Below are positions 14,401 to 26,944 of a stretch of 64,000 nt of DNA, in pieces. How positions within the stretch are numbered: the first letter of the stretch is position 1; every line of letters begins with the position of its first letter. The position numbers and the translations under genes are program-made. A model generated the notes under the pieces. The model did no database searches, had not been told where the DNA came from, and saw only the letters and a program-made list of their open reading frames with translations. This stretch comes from Eledone cirrhosa (taxonomy: Eukaryota), in the NCBI GenBank assembly GCA_964016885.1, contig OZ024754.1, positions 37,696,001-37,760,000 of the forward strand. The letters are read 5' to 3'.

Positions 14401-16398
14401 CATACATACATACATACATACATACATACATGCATACATACATACAGATATACATACATCTTTTATTCGAATTCGTAGAGGTATCCAACTAAATACATTA
14501 TTCATTTTACAAGGATTTGCTACAAACAACATGGCTGAACACAGCAAGACCAGCAACATTAAGGAAGCAATGAAGAAAATCAGTGAGAAAGGTAAACAAA
14601 ATTTACATACATACATACATACAAAGATCTTTTCGAATTCGTAGAGATATCTGACTAAATACATAATTCATTTTACAAGAATCTGCTATAATCAGCAAGG
14701 CTGAACACAAGGGCACCATAATCATTAAAGGATTACCGAAGAAAAACGACAAGAAAGCTAAACAAAATTTACATAAATACATACATACATACATACATAC
14801 ATACATACATACATACATACATACATACATACATGGTGGCTGCCAACTCGTTTTCGAGTACGGCTACTACTTTATAACCATGTCGGAGAACCCCTAGCGA
14901 TGCGCTGAACAAGTGTGATTTTTTAGTCCAGCCAGCGACTTGAACACTCTGGTACAAACACTACACTTGTGACAATTATTGACACATAGTGCTGGGCCCA
15001 TGGTACCTTGTGATGACAAGTGCAGAGAGATCTCCAGATATAAAGCAATGCCTGTGCTATGAAGCTTTTATAGTGAGCAAAGGCACTGCACAAAGCCAGT
15101 CCCACTCTCTTAACCAAGATGTCTCATGGTCGGGTCGTTGGCGACTAAACTGGCAACCCCACCAGGGTTTCTTGGTGAGGAGGGTGACTTTGGACATCCT
15201 GCAGGACTAAAAACAAAACCTGTCAAAGGGCAAAGGAGCTCTTAAGAGTCAATGGCCATCCAAAATCACCGGGATAGATGACCCCTTAGCCTTTGTCAAG
15301 GCAGAATTCTAGGAGAAGGAAAACTCTGATATAACACCTGCAACCCTGATGGTATCCAATGATGTTGACTTGTTCTTCTTTTTGGTAAATATCATCTTGG
15401 TTAAGAGAGTGGGACTGACATACATACATACATACATACATACATACATACATAAAACTTTATTCGAATTCGTAGAGATGTTTGACTAAATACATATTTC
15501 ATTTTACAAGAATCTGTAATAAGTAGCAAGGCTGAACACAAGGGCAGAAAAATCATTAAGGAAGTACCGAAGAAAAACGACGAGAAAGGTAAACAAAATT
15601 TACATACATACATCTTTTATTCGAATTCATAGAGATACCCGACTAAATACATAATTCATTTTACAAGGATTTGCTACAAAGAGCATGGCTGAACACATCC
15701 CCAGCAACATTATCGAAGTACCGAACGAAAACAATGAGAAAGGTAAACAAAATGTACATACATACATACATCTTTTAATCGAATTCGTAGAGGTATCCGA
15801 CTAAATAGATTATTCATTTTACAAGGATTTGCTACAAAGAGCCAGGCAGAACACACCCTCAACAACATTATGGAAGTACCGATCGAAAATAATGAGAAAG
15901 GTAAACAAAATATACATACATACATACAAACATCTTTTATTCGAATTTGAAGAGATACCCGACTAAATACATAATTTATTTTACAAGGATTTGCTACAAA
16001 CGTCATGGCTGAACACAACATCAACAACATTATTGAAGTACCGAACGAAAGCAATGAGAAAGGTAAACAAAATGTACATATATACATACATACATATTTT
16101 ATTCGAATTCGTAGAGGTATCCGACTAAATACATAATTCAATTTACAAGGATTTGCTACAAGCAGCAAGGCTGAAGACAAGGGCACCAAAATCATTAAGG
16201 AAGTACCGAAGAAAAAGGACAAGAAAGGTAAACAAAATTTAAATGCATACATACATACATCTTTTATTCGAATTCGTAGAGATACCCGACTAAATACTTA
16301 ATTCATTATACAAGGATTTGCTACAAAGAGCCTGGCTGAACACATCCTCAGCAATTTTATCGAAGTACCGAACGAAAACAATGAGAAAGGTAAACAAA

Positions 16399-16430
<32 letters not shown>

Positions 16431-19400
16431 CTTTTATTCGAATTCGTAGAGGTATCCAACTAAATACATTATTCATTTTACAAGGATTTGCTACAAACAA
16501 CATGGCTGAACACAGCAAGACCAGCAACATTAAGGAAGCAATGAAGAAAATCAGCGAGAAAGGTAAACAAAATTTGCATACATACATACATACAAACATC
16601 TTTTCGAATTCGTAGAGATATCTGACTAAAAACATAATTCATTTTACAAGAATCTGCTATAATCAGCAAGGCTGAACACAAGGGCAGCAAAATCATTAAA
16701 GATGTAGCGAAGAAAAACGACAAGAAAGCTAAACAAAATTTACATAAATACATACAAAAATACATACATACATACATACATACATACATACATACATACA
16801 TACATACATCTTTTATTCGAATTCGTAGAGGTATTCAACTAAATACATTATTCATTTTACAAGGATTTGCTACAAACAACATGGCTGAACACAGCAAGAC
16901 CAGCAACATTAAGGAAGCAATGAAGAAAATCAGCGAGAAAGGTAAACAAAATTTACATACATACATACATACAAACATCTTTTCGAATTCGTAGAGATAT
17001 CTGACTAAATACATAATTCATTTTACAAGAATCTGCTATAATCAGCAAGGCTGAACACAAGGGCACCAAAATCATTAAAGGATTACCGAAGAAAAACGAC
17101 AAGAAAGCTAAACAAAATTTACATAAATACATACATACATACATACATACATACATACATACATACATACATACATGGTGGCTGCCAACTCGTTTTCGAG
17201 TACGGCCACTACTTTATAACCATGTCGGAGAACCCCTAGCGATGCGCTGAACAAGTGTGATTTTTTAGTCCAGCCAGCGACTTGAACACTCTGGTACAAA
17301 CACTACACTTGTGACAATTATTGACACATAGTGCTGGGCCCATGGTACCTTGTGATGACAAGTGCAGAGAGATCTCCAGATATAAAGCAATGCCTGTGCT
17401 ATGAAGCTTTTATAGTGAGCAAAGGCACTGCACAAAGCCAGTCCCACTCTCTTAACCAAGACGTCTCATGGTCGGGTCGTTGGCGACTAAACTGGCAACC
17501 CCACCAGGGTTTCTTGGTGAGGAGGGTGACTTTGGACATCCTGCAGGACTAAAAACAAAACCTGTCAAAGGGCAAAGGAGCTCTTAAGAGTCAATGGCCA
17601 TCCAAAATCACCGGGATAGATGACCCCTTAGCCTTTGTCAAGGCAGAATTCTAGGAGAAGGAAAACTCTGATATAACACCTGCAACCCTGATGGTATCCA
17701 ATGATGTTGACTTGTTCTTCTTTTTGGTAAATATCATCTTGGTTAAGAGAGTGGGACTGACATACATACATACATACATACATACATACATACATACATA
17801 CATACATACATACATACATACATACATACATACATACATACATACATACATAAAACTTTATTCGAATTCGTAGAGATGTCTGACTAAATACATATTTCAT
17901 TTTACAAGAATCTGTAATAAGCAGCAAGGCTGAACACAAGGGCAGAAAAATCATTAAGGAAGTACCGAAGAAAAACGACGAGAAAGGTAAACAAAATTTA
18001 CATGCATACATCTTTTATTCGAATTCATAGAGATACCCGACTAAATACATAATTCATTTTACAAGGATTTGCTACAAACGTCATGGCTGAACACAACATC
18101 AACAACATTATGGAAGTACCGAACGAAAGCAATGAGAAAGGTAAACAAAATGTACATATATACATACATACATCTTTTATACGAATTCGTAGAGATACAC
18201 GACTAAATACATTATTTATTTTACAAGGATTTGCTACAAGCAGCAAGGCTGAACACAAAGACACCAAAATGATTGAGGAAGTACCGAAGAAAAAGGACAA
18301 GAAAGGTAAACAAAATTTACATACATACACACATAACATCTTTTATTCGAATTCGTAGAGATACCCGACTAAATAACTAATTCATTTTACAAGGATTTGC
18401 TACAAAGAGCCTGGCTGAACACATCCTCTACAACACTATGGAAGTACCGAACGAAAACAACGAGAAAGGTAAACAAAATGTACATACATACATACATCTT
18501 TTATTCAAATTCGTAGACATAACCGACTAAATACATTATTAATTTTACAAGGATTTGCTACAAGCAGCAAGGTTGAAGACAGGGGCACCAAAATGATTAA
18601 GGAAGTACCGAAGAAAAAGGACAAAAAAGGTAAACCAAATTTATATACATACATACTTACATCTTTTATTCGAATTCGTAGAGGTATCCGACTAAATACA
18701 TTATTCATTTTACAAGGATTTGCTACAAGCAGCAAGGCTGAACACAAGAGCACCAAAATCATTAAGGAAGTACCGAAGAAAAAGGACAAGAAAGGTAAAC
18801 AAAATTTACATACATACATACATACATCTTTTATTGGAATTCGTAGAGATACCCGACTAAATACATAACTCATTTTACAAGGATTTGCTACAAGGAGCAT
18901 GGCTGAACACACCCTCACCAACACTATGGAAGTACCGAACGAAAACAATGAGAGAGGTAAACAAAATGTAGATATATACATATATACATCTTTTATTCGA
19001 ATTCTTAGAGATACCCGACTAAATACATAATTACATTTACAAGGATTTGCGACAAAGAGTCTGGCTGAGCACATCCTCAATAACACTATGGAAGTACCGA
19101 ACGAAAACAATGAGAGAGGTTAACAAAATGTACATATATACATACATACATCTTTTATTCGAATTCGTAGAGATACACGACTAAATACATAATTTATTTT
19201 ACAAGGATTTCCTACAAACGTCATGGCTGAACACAACATCAACAACATTATGGAAGTACCGAACGCAAGCAATGAGAAAGGTAAACAAAATGTACATATA
19301 TACATTCATCTTTTATACGAATTCGCAGAGATACACGACTAAATACATTATTTATTTTACAAGGGTTTGCTACAAGCAGCAAGGCTGAAGACAAGGGCAC

Positions 19401-21451
19401 CGAAATCATTAAGGAAGTACCGAAGAAAAAGGACAAGAAAGGTAAACAAAATTTACATACATACACACATAACATCTTTTATACGAATTCGTAGAGATAC
19501 CCGACTAAATACATAATTCATTTTACAAGGATTTGCTACAAAGAGACTGGTTAAAGACATCCTCAACAACACTATGGAAGTACCGAACGAAAACAATGAG
19601 AAAGGTAAACAAAATGTACATACATACATACATCTTTTATTCGAATTCGTAGAGGTATCCGACTAAATACATTATTCATTTTACAAGGATTTGCTACAAG
19701 CAGCAAGGCTGAACACAAGGACACCAAAATGATTGAGGAAGTACCGAAGAAAAAGGACAAGAAAGGTAAACAAAATTTACATACATACACACATAACATC
19801 TTTTATTCGAATTCGTAGAGATACCCGACTAAATAACTAATTCATTTTACAAGGATTTGCTACAAGGAGCATGGCTGAACACATCCTCTACAACACTATG
19901 GAAGTACGGAACGAAAACAACGAGAAAGGTAAACAAAATGTACATACATACATACATCTTTTATTCAAATTCGTAGAGGTAACCGACTAAATACATTATT
20001 AATTTTACAAGGATTTGCTACAAGCAGCAAGGTTGAAGGCAGGGGCACCAAAATGATTAAGGAAGTACCGAAGAAAAAGGACAAGAAAGGTAAACAAAAT
20101 TTACATACATACATACATCTTTTATTGGAATTCGTAGAGATACCCGACTAAATACATAACTCATTTTACAAGGATTTGCTACAAGGAGCATGGCTGAACA
20201 CATCCTCACCAACACTATGGAAGTACCGAACGAAAACAATGAGAGAGGTAAACAAAATGTAGATATATACATATATACATCTTTTATTCGAATTCGTAGA
20301 GATACCCGACTAAATACATAATTACTTTTACAAGGATTTTCTACAAAGAGTCTGGCTGAGCACATCCTCAATAACACTATGGAAGTACCGAACGAAAACA
20401 ATGAGAAAGGTTAACAAAATGTACATATATACATACATACATCTTTTATTCGAATTCGTAGAGATACACGACTAAATACATTATTTATTTTACAAGGATT
20501 TGCTACAAACGGCATGGCTGAACACAACATCAACAACATTATGGAAGTACCGAACGAAAACAATGAGAAAGGTAAACAAAATGTACATACATACATCCTT
20601 TATTCGAATTCGTAGAGCTATCCGACTAAATACATTATTAATTTTACAAGGAATATCTACAAGCAGCAAGGCTGAACACAAGGACACCAAAATAATTGAG
20701 GAAGTACCGATGAAAAAGGACAAGAAAGGTAAACAAATTTACATACATACATACATACATCTTTTATTCGAATTCGTAGAGATAGCCGACTAAATACATA
20801 ATTCATTTTACAAGGATTTGCTACAAAGAGCCTGGCTGAACACATCCTCAACAACACTATGGAAGTACCGAACGAAAACAATGAGAAAGGTAAATAAAAT
20901 GTACATGCATACATACATCTTTTATTCGAATTCGTAGAGGTATCCGACTAAACACATTATTCATTTTACAAGGATTTGCTACAAGCAGCAATGCTGAACA
21001 CAAGGACACCAATATAATTGAGGAAGTACCGAAGAAAAAGGACAAGAAATGTAAACAAAATTTACATACATCCATACATACATCTTTTATTCGAATTCGT
21101 AGAGATACCCGATTAATACATAATTCATTTTACAAGGATTTGCTACAAAGAGCCTGGCTGAACAAATCCTCAACAACATTATGGAAGTACCGATGGAAAA
21201 CAATGAGAAAGTTAAACAAAATGTACATACATATATACATCTTTTATTCGAATTCGTAGAGGTATCCGACTAAATACATTATTCATTTTACAAGGATTTG
21301 CTACAAGCAGCGAGGCTGAACCCAACAACACCAACATCATTAAGGATGTACCGAAGAAAAATGACGAGAAAGGTAATCAAAATTTACATACATACATCTT
21401 TTATTCGAATTCGTAGAGATATCCGACTAAACACATTATTCATTTTAGAAG

Positions 21452-21795
21452 GATTTGCTACAAACCGGATGATTGAAGACAACGACACTAACAAGATTAA
21501 GGAAGTACCGATGGATAACAACGAGAAAGGTAAACGAAATTTATTCCGTTGTAGCTACAGACGAAACCGAAATTACAAATCGCATTTCTCTTGGAGTTGC
21601 GAACTCAATGATGATTTATTTAATTGTAATAAAATGGCAAGAAAAAAACCCCTCCGTTAGCTACATGAACAGAATGAAGCTACTCTGGGACGAAATACAT
21701 CCGGAGATAAATCATTTCACAGCCAAACAAATACGCCAACAAGCGATGTTTGTTGAACGTAAAAATAAGATAAATATTATTAATTGTAAGTCCCC
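21452..21795 (+). pseudogene. Frameshifted 5' ORF fragment resembling R4/Dong-clade (RLE-type) non-LTR retrotransposon N-terminus, continuous with the last array monomer
   Basis: Reads ...SWSCELNDDLFNCNKMARK / NPSVSYMNRMKLLWDEIHPEINHFTAKQIRQQAMFVERK. Fits the recalled W-x-x-E-x-N...CY...GYM-x-RMK-x-LW...P...T-x-x-x-LR-x-Q motif. No database search done. Confidence 0.5.
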
Positions 21796-21796
21796 C

Positions 21797-22160
21797 TAAT
21801 CTGATCAGCTAGGTACCGGAAGCTATCAACCACTTCTATAGAACCCACCTGCATTGGAAAAATGCGATTACTACTGCCAACTTTCCCTGTACATCTACTG
21901 CATACGTAGTTTACCCTACCTGTTAGTTTGCCTGCTATCCCCCTACATTTCTTGTGTACCCAAGATCTGCAATGCGTACATCTTATGGAATTTATGTCAG
22001 TTCCTTTCTTACTTATCGAACATGGCCATTTCACCGATGGAATCAGAGTTTTGTCCTCTTATCTACTTATCAACACTTTTGTTTTAGCTATGTTCACTCT
22101 CAGTCCTCTTGATTCCAACTGCTGTTTCCATAGCCAGAATTTTTTCTCTACTGATTCTGC
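21797..22160 (-). mobile_element. RTE-clade LINE fragment (RT C-terminal region with Cys/His finger), truncated by a deletion
   Basis: KWPCSISKKGTDINSIRCTHCRSWVHKKCRGI...CSRC...VVDSFRYL; same sequence as 55010-55380. Confidence 0.85.
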
Positions 22161-22168
22161 TATAAGAA

Positions 22169-22199
<31 letters not shown>

Positions 22200-22202
<3 letters not shown>

Positions 22203-22766
22203 CAAACAAATAGTTTATCACTACTCTACATGGCTGAATATAATAAATATAATCTGTGTTTTTCGAATATTAATAATAATATTCGATTCGTTTACAATTC
22301 TGCAAACAGCCTCTTTAAAGCCATGTCAGTAGACTGACACCGTCATTCTTGCTCTTGTGTTGGCATGTCAACAGAACTGCAGACACTAATGTTTCTGGGT
22401 GATTACTCGTCATCAGTACAGTTCACTGTTCACCTGCCAACTGTCAGAGCTAGTGAAAATATATGATATATTCTAAAATATACAGTGACTGATCGGCCTG
22501 ATTTGCATATTAGGAGACTGCTTGATCAGTCAGATCTTCATATTAGCAGATCCACTGATCAGCCAGATCCGCATATCAGCAGATAGGCCACTCAGTCTCA
22601 TGTATACGAGCGATTAATGGCCGGCTTTGCCATATTCAAATAACAAAAAAATATAGTTTATCGCTGTTTACATGCCAACACAAGAGAACGAATGACGTGG
22701 TCATTCTACTGACATGGCTTTAAAGCGGCTGTTTGCAGAATTGCAAACGAATCGAATATTATTATA
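22200..22766. mobile_element. Fold-back element with ~100-bp inverted arms and an internal hammerhead motif (Penelope-derived); copies at ~55450-56010 and inverted partial ~41455-41690
   Basis: 22273-22375 is the inverse complement of 22663-22765. Minus-strand 22374-22424 reads GAACUGUA-CUGAUGA...GAAAC-AUUAGU-GUC-UGCAGUUC. Confidence 0.65.
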
Positions 22767-22860
22767 AGGCAAAGTTAACCTCCCGCCAAGGTTAACTTTG
22801 CCTTTAATCCTTACGGGGTTTATAAAATAAAGTACCAGTAAAACACTGGTGAATTGCTGG

Positions 22861-22961
<101 letters not shown>

Positions 22962-23528
22962 GGAAGTTGCGTTTCGCTAATTTCTACCCGCCAAAATGCG
23001 AATCTGGCTAAATTCATATTTGTATTAATCTCCCAAGTCTAGCGATTAACCAGTTAATTTGGGGGGCTTTTTTAGTTAATTCTATTGACTGATTAATCAC
23101 TTACGTTTATTTTAAAAACCACTTTGTCGAGAGCTTAATTCGTTTTGTGCTAGCTTTGCAAATTTTTGCAATAACTACACACTGGCCAAAATATGTGTTT
23201 TCATACCCTGTGAGAATCTGGCGCACGAAGAACAAATTGCCTGTTGAGAAAGTGATTCCTTGATCGATCATTATACCAAAAGCTTATTATTTTTTATAAG
23301 CAGACAGTATTATTGATTTAGGTGTCGCAGAAACCCTATATCGGAGTATACCATCTTCCCCGAGGGTCCGGGTAACTAATTCAACCATCATCTCAGTTTT
23401 GTATGTCCTTTTTAACTTATGTTTATAGCTCTGGTAACTTCATATCCATAGAGCGCTTGTCAACACAATTCGGAAGTTGCGTTTCGCTAATTTCTACCCA
23501 CCAAAATGCTATTCTCGCTAAATTTATA

Positions 23529-23889
23529 TTTACACTTTTTTCCTAATATCTTGTCCGTATGTGGTTGACGGCTGAGAAGAAAGAGTAATCATATTCATAT
23601 ATTCATTCACTTTTCAGAAATTGCAATGTCTGAAGAAGATCAAGGCGGAAAGAAGGAACAGAAGAAAGTAACAATCCGCTGGTTTGAACGCTCAGAATTG
23701 CCATTAATTTTCTTCACCCCTGTGATGCCCTTGTCCCAGATACTCTTGCATTACTACGTGGACTGGCGAATAGGAAAGAATTACTATCGAAAGCAAAATA
23801 CCGTCTTCTCTACGTCTTGTAACCGTCGCTTCCAGTTCTCAAAAAATCAACATAAGGTAAGATGAAAGATATTAGGAAAAAAGTGTAAA
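23529..23889. repeat. Perfect 24-bp inverted repeat bracketing the first coding exon
   Basis: TTTACACTTTTTTCCTAATATCTT (23529-23552) / AAGATATTAGGAAAAAAGTGTAAA (23866-23889); also present in copy 2 (~56930 / ~57264). Confidence 0.9.
23626..23856 (+). CDS. SLC46/PCFT-like MFS transporter, copy 1, first coding exon
   Basis: ttttcag acceptor at 23617, ATG at 23626, MSEEDQGG...ELPLIFF...LLHYYVDWRI...C...NQHK, then AAG|GTAAGA (phase 0). Joins VQ of the next exon, giving the SLC46-typical 'xVQ' after TM1/loop 1. Confidence 0.8.
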
Positions 23890-23929
23890 CCATAGCCAGA
23901 ATCAGTTCTGTATGAACAAGACACGGTCA

Positions 23930-24085
23930 TCTGATCTGGCTTGTCACACAACGGGCCAACTCGTCTAACCCATGCTAGTATGGAAAAATGGACATTAAAC
24001 GGTCACAACGTCGACAATGATGATGATGATGATGATGATGATGACGACGACGACGACCACGATGATGATGATGATGAGGATGATA
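23930..24085 (+). mobile_element. SINE/RTE-type 3' tail ending in (GAT)n/(GAC)n; related tails at 27625-27720(-), 39830-40045(+), 40605-40715(-), 41170-41225(+)
   Basis: CGTCTAACCCATGCTAGYATGGAAAA..GGACRTTAAA followed by a trinucleotide tail, resembling the 3' end of the RTE at 26040-26100. Confidence 0.65.
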
Positions 24086-25036
24086 ACTGTGTGGTTAAGT
24101 AGTTCACTTTGCAATAATATGATACCGGGATAACAAATGTTATGCGCTGACGTTCTCATTCAAGCCCCCTTATATCTACTTGGTAGAAGGAGTTATCCTC
24201 CTTGACCATTGAAATGCCATGATGGACACAGTCAAACGTCTAGATTGGCACCCCAGCGACTAGCTGCACCAGTTACGAGAGAACTTGGTTAATAAAAAAG
24301 CACACGTGCGTATTCAGTGAGCCATTTTTGAGATGTTCTGGTCAAGGGGTGTCTCACGCGTTAGAGAGGTTTAGAAAGGGAGGTAATTATTGATGAAGAT
24401 GTATGTGTGTGTGTGTTTGTGAATTTATATAGCTTGTATTCAATACATGTGTGGATGTGACGTCCGAACGAGTATCCCCCACCACCAACTAACTTACCCT
24501 CCGCTTCTAGGTCCCGGCCGACCGGATGGAGAATGCATTGCTCTGCAGGGTGGTGATGGGGACGCGCTGAAACAGCCACTCCACCTCGCGGGACTTGCAT
24601 TGATTGTATTTGTGTAGTTTAAGTCGGTATTTTTTCAGCAGGTCTAAGTCGAGCAGTTAACCTCTGTCTGAGTACTTCTTTGTCTGATCTGGTGAATTAT
24701 TTACTCTTATGCTTTCATTTCATCGTTTCCTGTCCTTATTTTCACACACTCAAACAATTCCTCATTTCTTCTCTTTCTTTATTCTTTACTCTGCTTTTTT
24801 TTTTCTTAATCAAAATCTGCCTCAAATTATTATTTTCTATTTTCACTGTCTTCCACTAATACCATAATTCGGAATCATACCCCACCTCTCTCTCTCTCCA
24901 TCGCTCCCCCCTCTCTCTCTCTCTTTATATATATATATATATATGTAGAAGAGATATTTAATTTGTTGGAAATCCAACAAATATAGATGTTTATAACTGA
25001 TTCAGAGCACTCGACAATTTTCTGGAGTAAGTATTC

Positions 25037-25272
25037 AATGATATTAAATAAATGGAAACTATATTTATAAAACCATATTTATTCTATTATATATATTTCA
25101 AGGGTACCAACATTTTGGTACACTATCTTCAGATAAAATACAAAATGTTTTATAAATATTTGACATGACCATTATCTGAAGATAGCGTACCAAAATGTTG
25201 GTACCCTTGAAATATATATAATAGAATATATATGGTTTTATAAATATAGTTTCCATTTATTTAATATCATTG
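25037..25272. repeat. Fold-back with ~100-bp arms, each with a degenerate hammerhead core; copy at ~57948-58185
   Basis: 25037-25137 is the inverse complement of ~25172-25272. The arm contains TTAT-CTGAAGA-stem(GTACCAA/TTGGTAC)-GAAA-TATAT-ATA-ATAG. Confidence 0.8.
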
Positions 25273-25464
25273 TATTTATATATATATTAGAAAATGTGTG
25301 AGATCCTTGGTACAGCTAGATATACTCAAAATCCCTCAGTAATTAAACCCGAGATATGTAAAAACTCCAGAGTCTTTCAGTCGGACATGAAAAATAAAAA
25401 AATATATGTATATATGTATATATGTATATATGTATATATATATATGTACATATTTATATATGAA

Positions 25465-25523
<59 letters not shown>

Positions 25524-25534
25524 GTATATATATA

Positions 25535-26098
25535 GTATCTAGAATAGTATCTAGAATAAGGACGGGTTGGAAGCAGTTTAGGGAGCTGCTTCCTCTGTTG
25601 ACGAAGAAGGGTTTCTCCCTGCGTACGAAAGGCCGGTTATATTATGCCTGTGTGAGACCCGCGATGCTGCATGTAGTGAGACATGGGCAGCAACTGCAGA
25701 GGATATGCGACAGCTGGAGAGAAATGAAGCAAGCATGCTCCGTTGGATGTGCAATGTCAATGTGCGTGAACGACCAAGCATAGATGATTTGAGTGAGAAA
25801 CTGTATAAGAGGGATAAGTTGTGGTGTACGGGGGGAAAACTGAGATGGTATGGACATGTGATGCGCATGGAGGATGACCGCTGGGTAAAGAAGTGCCAAG
25901 AAATCCCAGTAGAAGGAAGATGCGGTAGAGGTAGACCACGAAAAACATGGGCGGAGGTGGTGAGAGCAGAACTCAGATCGCTGAAGCTCACGGAGGAGAT
26001 GATGAAGGACCGTAACAAGTGGAGAGATGCTGTGCTGAATAGGACTCGTCCCACCCTTGCAAGCAGGGAAAAGCGGACGTAAAATGATGATGATGATA
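25535..26098 (+). mobile_element. RTE-clade LINE 3' fragment with (ATG)n tail; duplicate at ~58410-58972
   Basis: [18 protein letters not shown]...KGRLY.ACVR..MLH / SETWA...[13 protein letters not shown]...LRWYGHVMRM...GRGRPRKTW, frameshifted, then GATGATGAT. Confidence 0.92.
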
Positions 26099-26131
26099 TT
26101 TCTTGGTTGTTTTTATGTTCATATATGTGTT

Positions 26132-26221
<90 letters not shown>

Positions 26222-26944
26222 GTGATACATATGATATATAGCTGTATAGATGAGTGTTGAATGTGTGTGTCTATAAGTGTGTATGTATACGTAATTTCCT
26301 GTATGGGTTAGCCGTATAGATTTGTATATTGCTCCATCTGGTTCCTTACCTCACTTCCTTCGTGGTAAATAAGAACTTTTGGATTAGGACAATGGGATTG
26401 ATGAGTTAATATCTGTATACAACAACTACAACGGTACGCGATGGGCCCCACCCATAGCCCCGGCGGACAGAATGGAGAAGGCGTTTCCCCGGAGGACGGC
26501 AAGGGAGATGCGCTGGAAGAGCCACTCCAACTCGCGGAGCTCACACCTGCGGTTGGCCAGCTCAGCGCCTATTGTGATGAGGGAAGATGGTCATGCCATC
26601 TGGCCTTTTGCCGTCCCCTCGATCCAGCCCCACCGGCTCGAGCTGGGAAGGGAAGCCTGCATCGACCAAGCCATGCTTAATGACCTCGTTGAGGGCAGCA
26701 TGGGGTTACATTCACGGCTTGTTACGCAACGCTGAGATTTTTATGATGAAAAATGCTGTGTTAGGAGATGGTCATTTCCTTTCACACCCACTCGCCCTAC
26801 CTCCACCACATACACTATACATGCCTGACGTTGTATGCTAACCACTCCCTTGTGCATATAAGATAGAGAAGATACGGGGCAGACGGATGTACCGTAAACC
26901 GTATTGTAGGCAACCCGTCTAGGAGAGCTACCACTAAGTCCCCT

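Larger units (their letters stand above)
1..21540 (+). repeat. Tandem array of ~158-161 bp monomers with variable (CATA)n, organised as a ~2.3-3.0 kb higher-order repeat (left array, truncated by window start)
   Basis: Recurrent TTTTATTCGAATTCGTAGAG-x-TA-x-CCGACTAAATACAT-x-ATTCATTTTACAAG, then a 75/78-nt variable block, then GTAAACAAAAT and (CATA)n. A ~585-bp insert recurs at ~42, 2446, 6268, 9058, 12048, 14833 and 17175. Confidence 0.97.

Noticed and set aside
493-21075. Many minus-strand hydrophobic ORFs (MYVCMYVC..., FCLPFSLFSFG...)
   Set aside because: Translations of (TATG)n and the T-rich strand of the monomer; starts come from the microsatellite and frames shift with CATA count.
1-21540. 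CRISPR-like look (conserved repeat plus variable spacer)
   Set aside because: The variable blocks are homologous to each other and recur in order, units are ~160 bp, there are no cas genes and the context is eukaryotic.
21636-21662. Programmed -1 frameshift at the A-run in the R4-like fragment
   Set aside because: Restoring the frame needs +1, not -1, and the ORF is truncated; an ordinary homopolymer indel is simpler.
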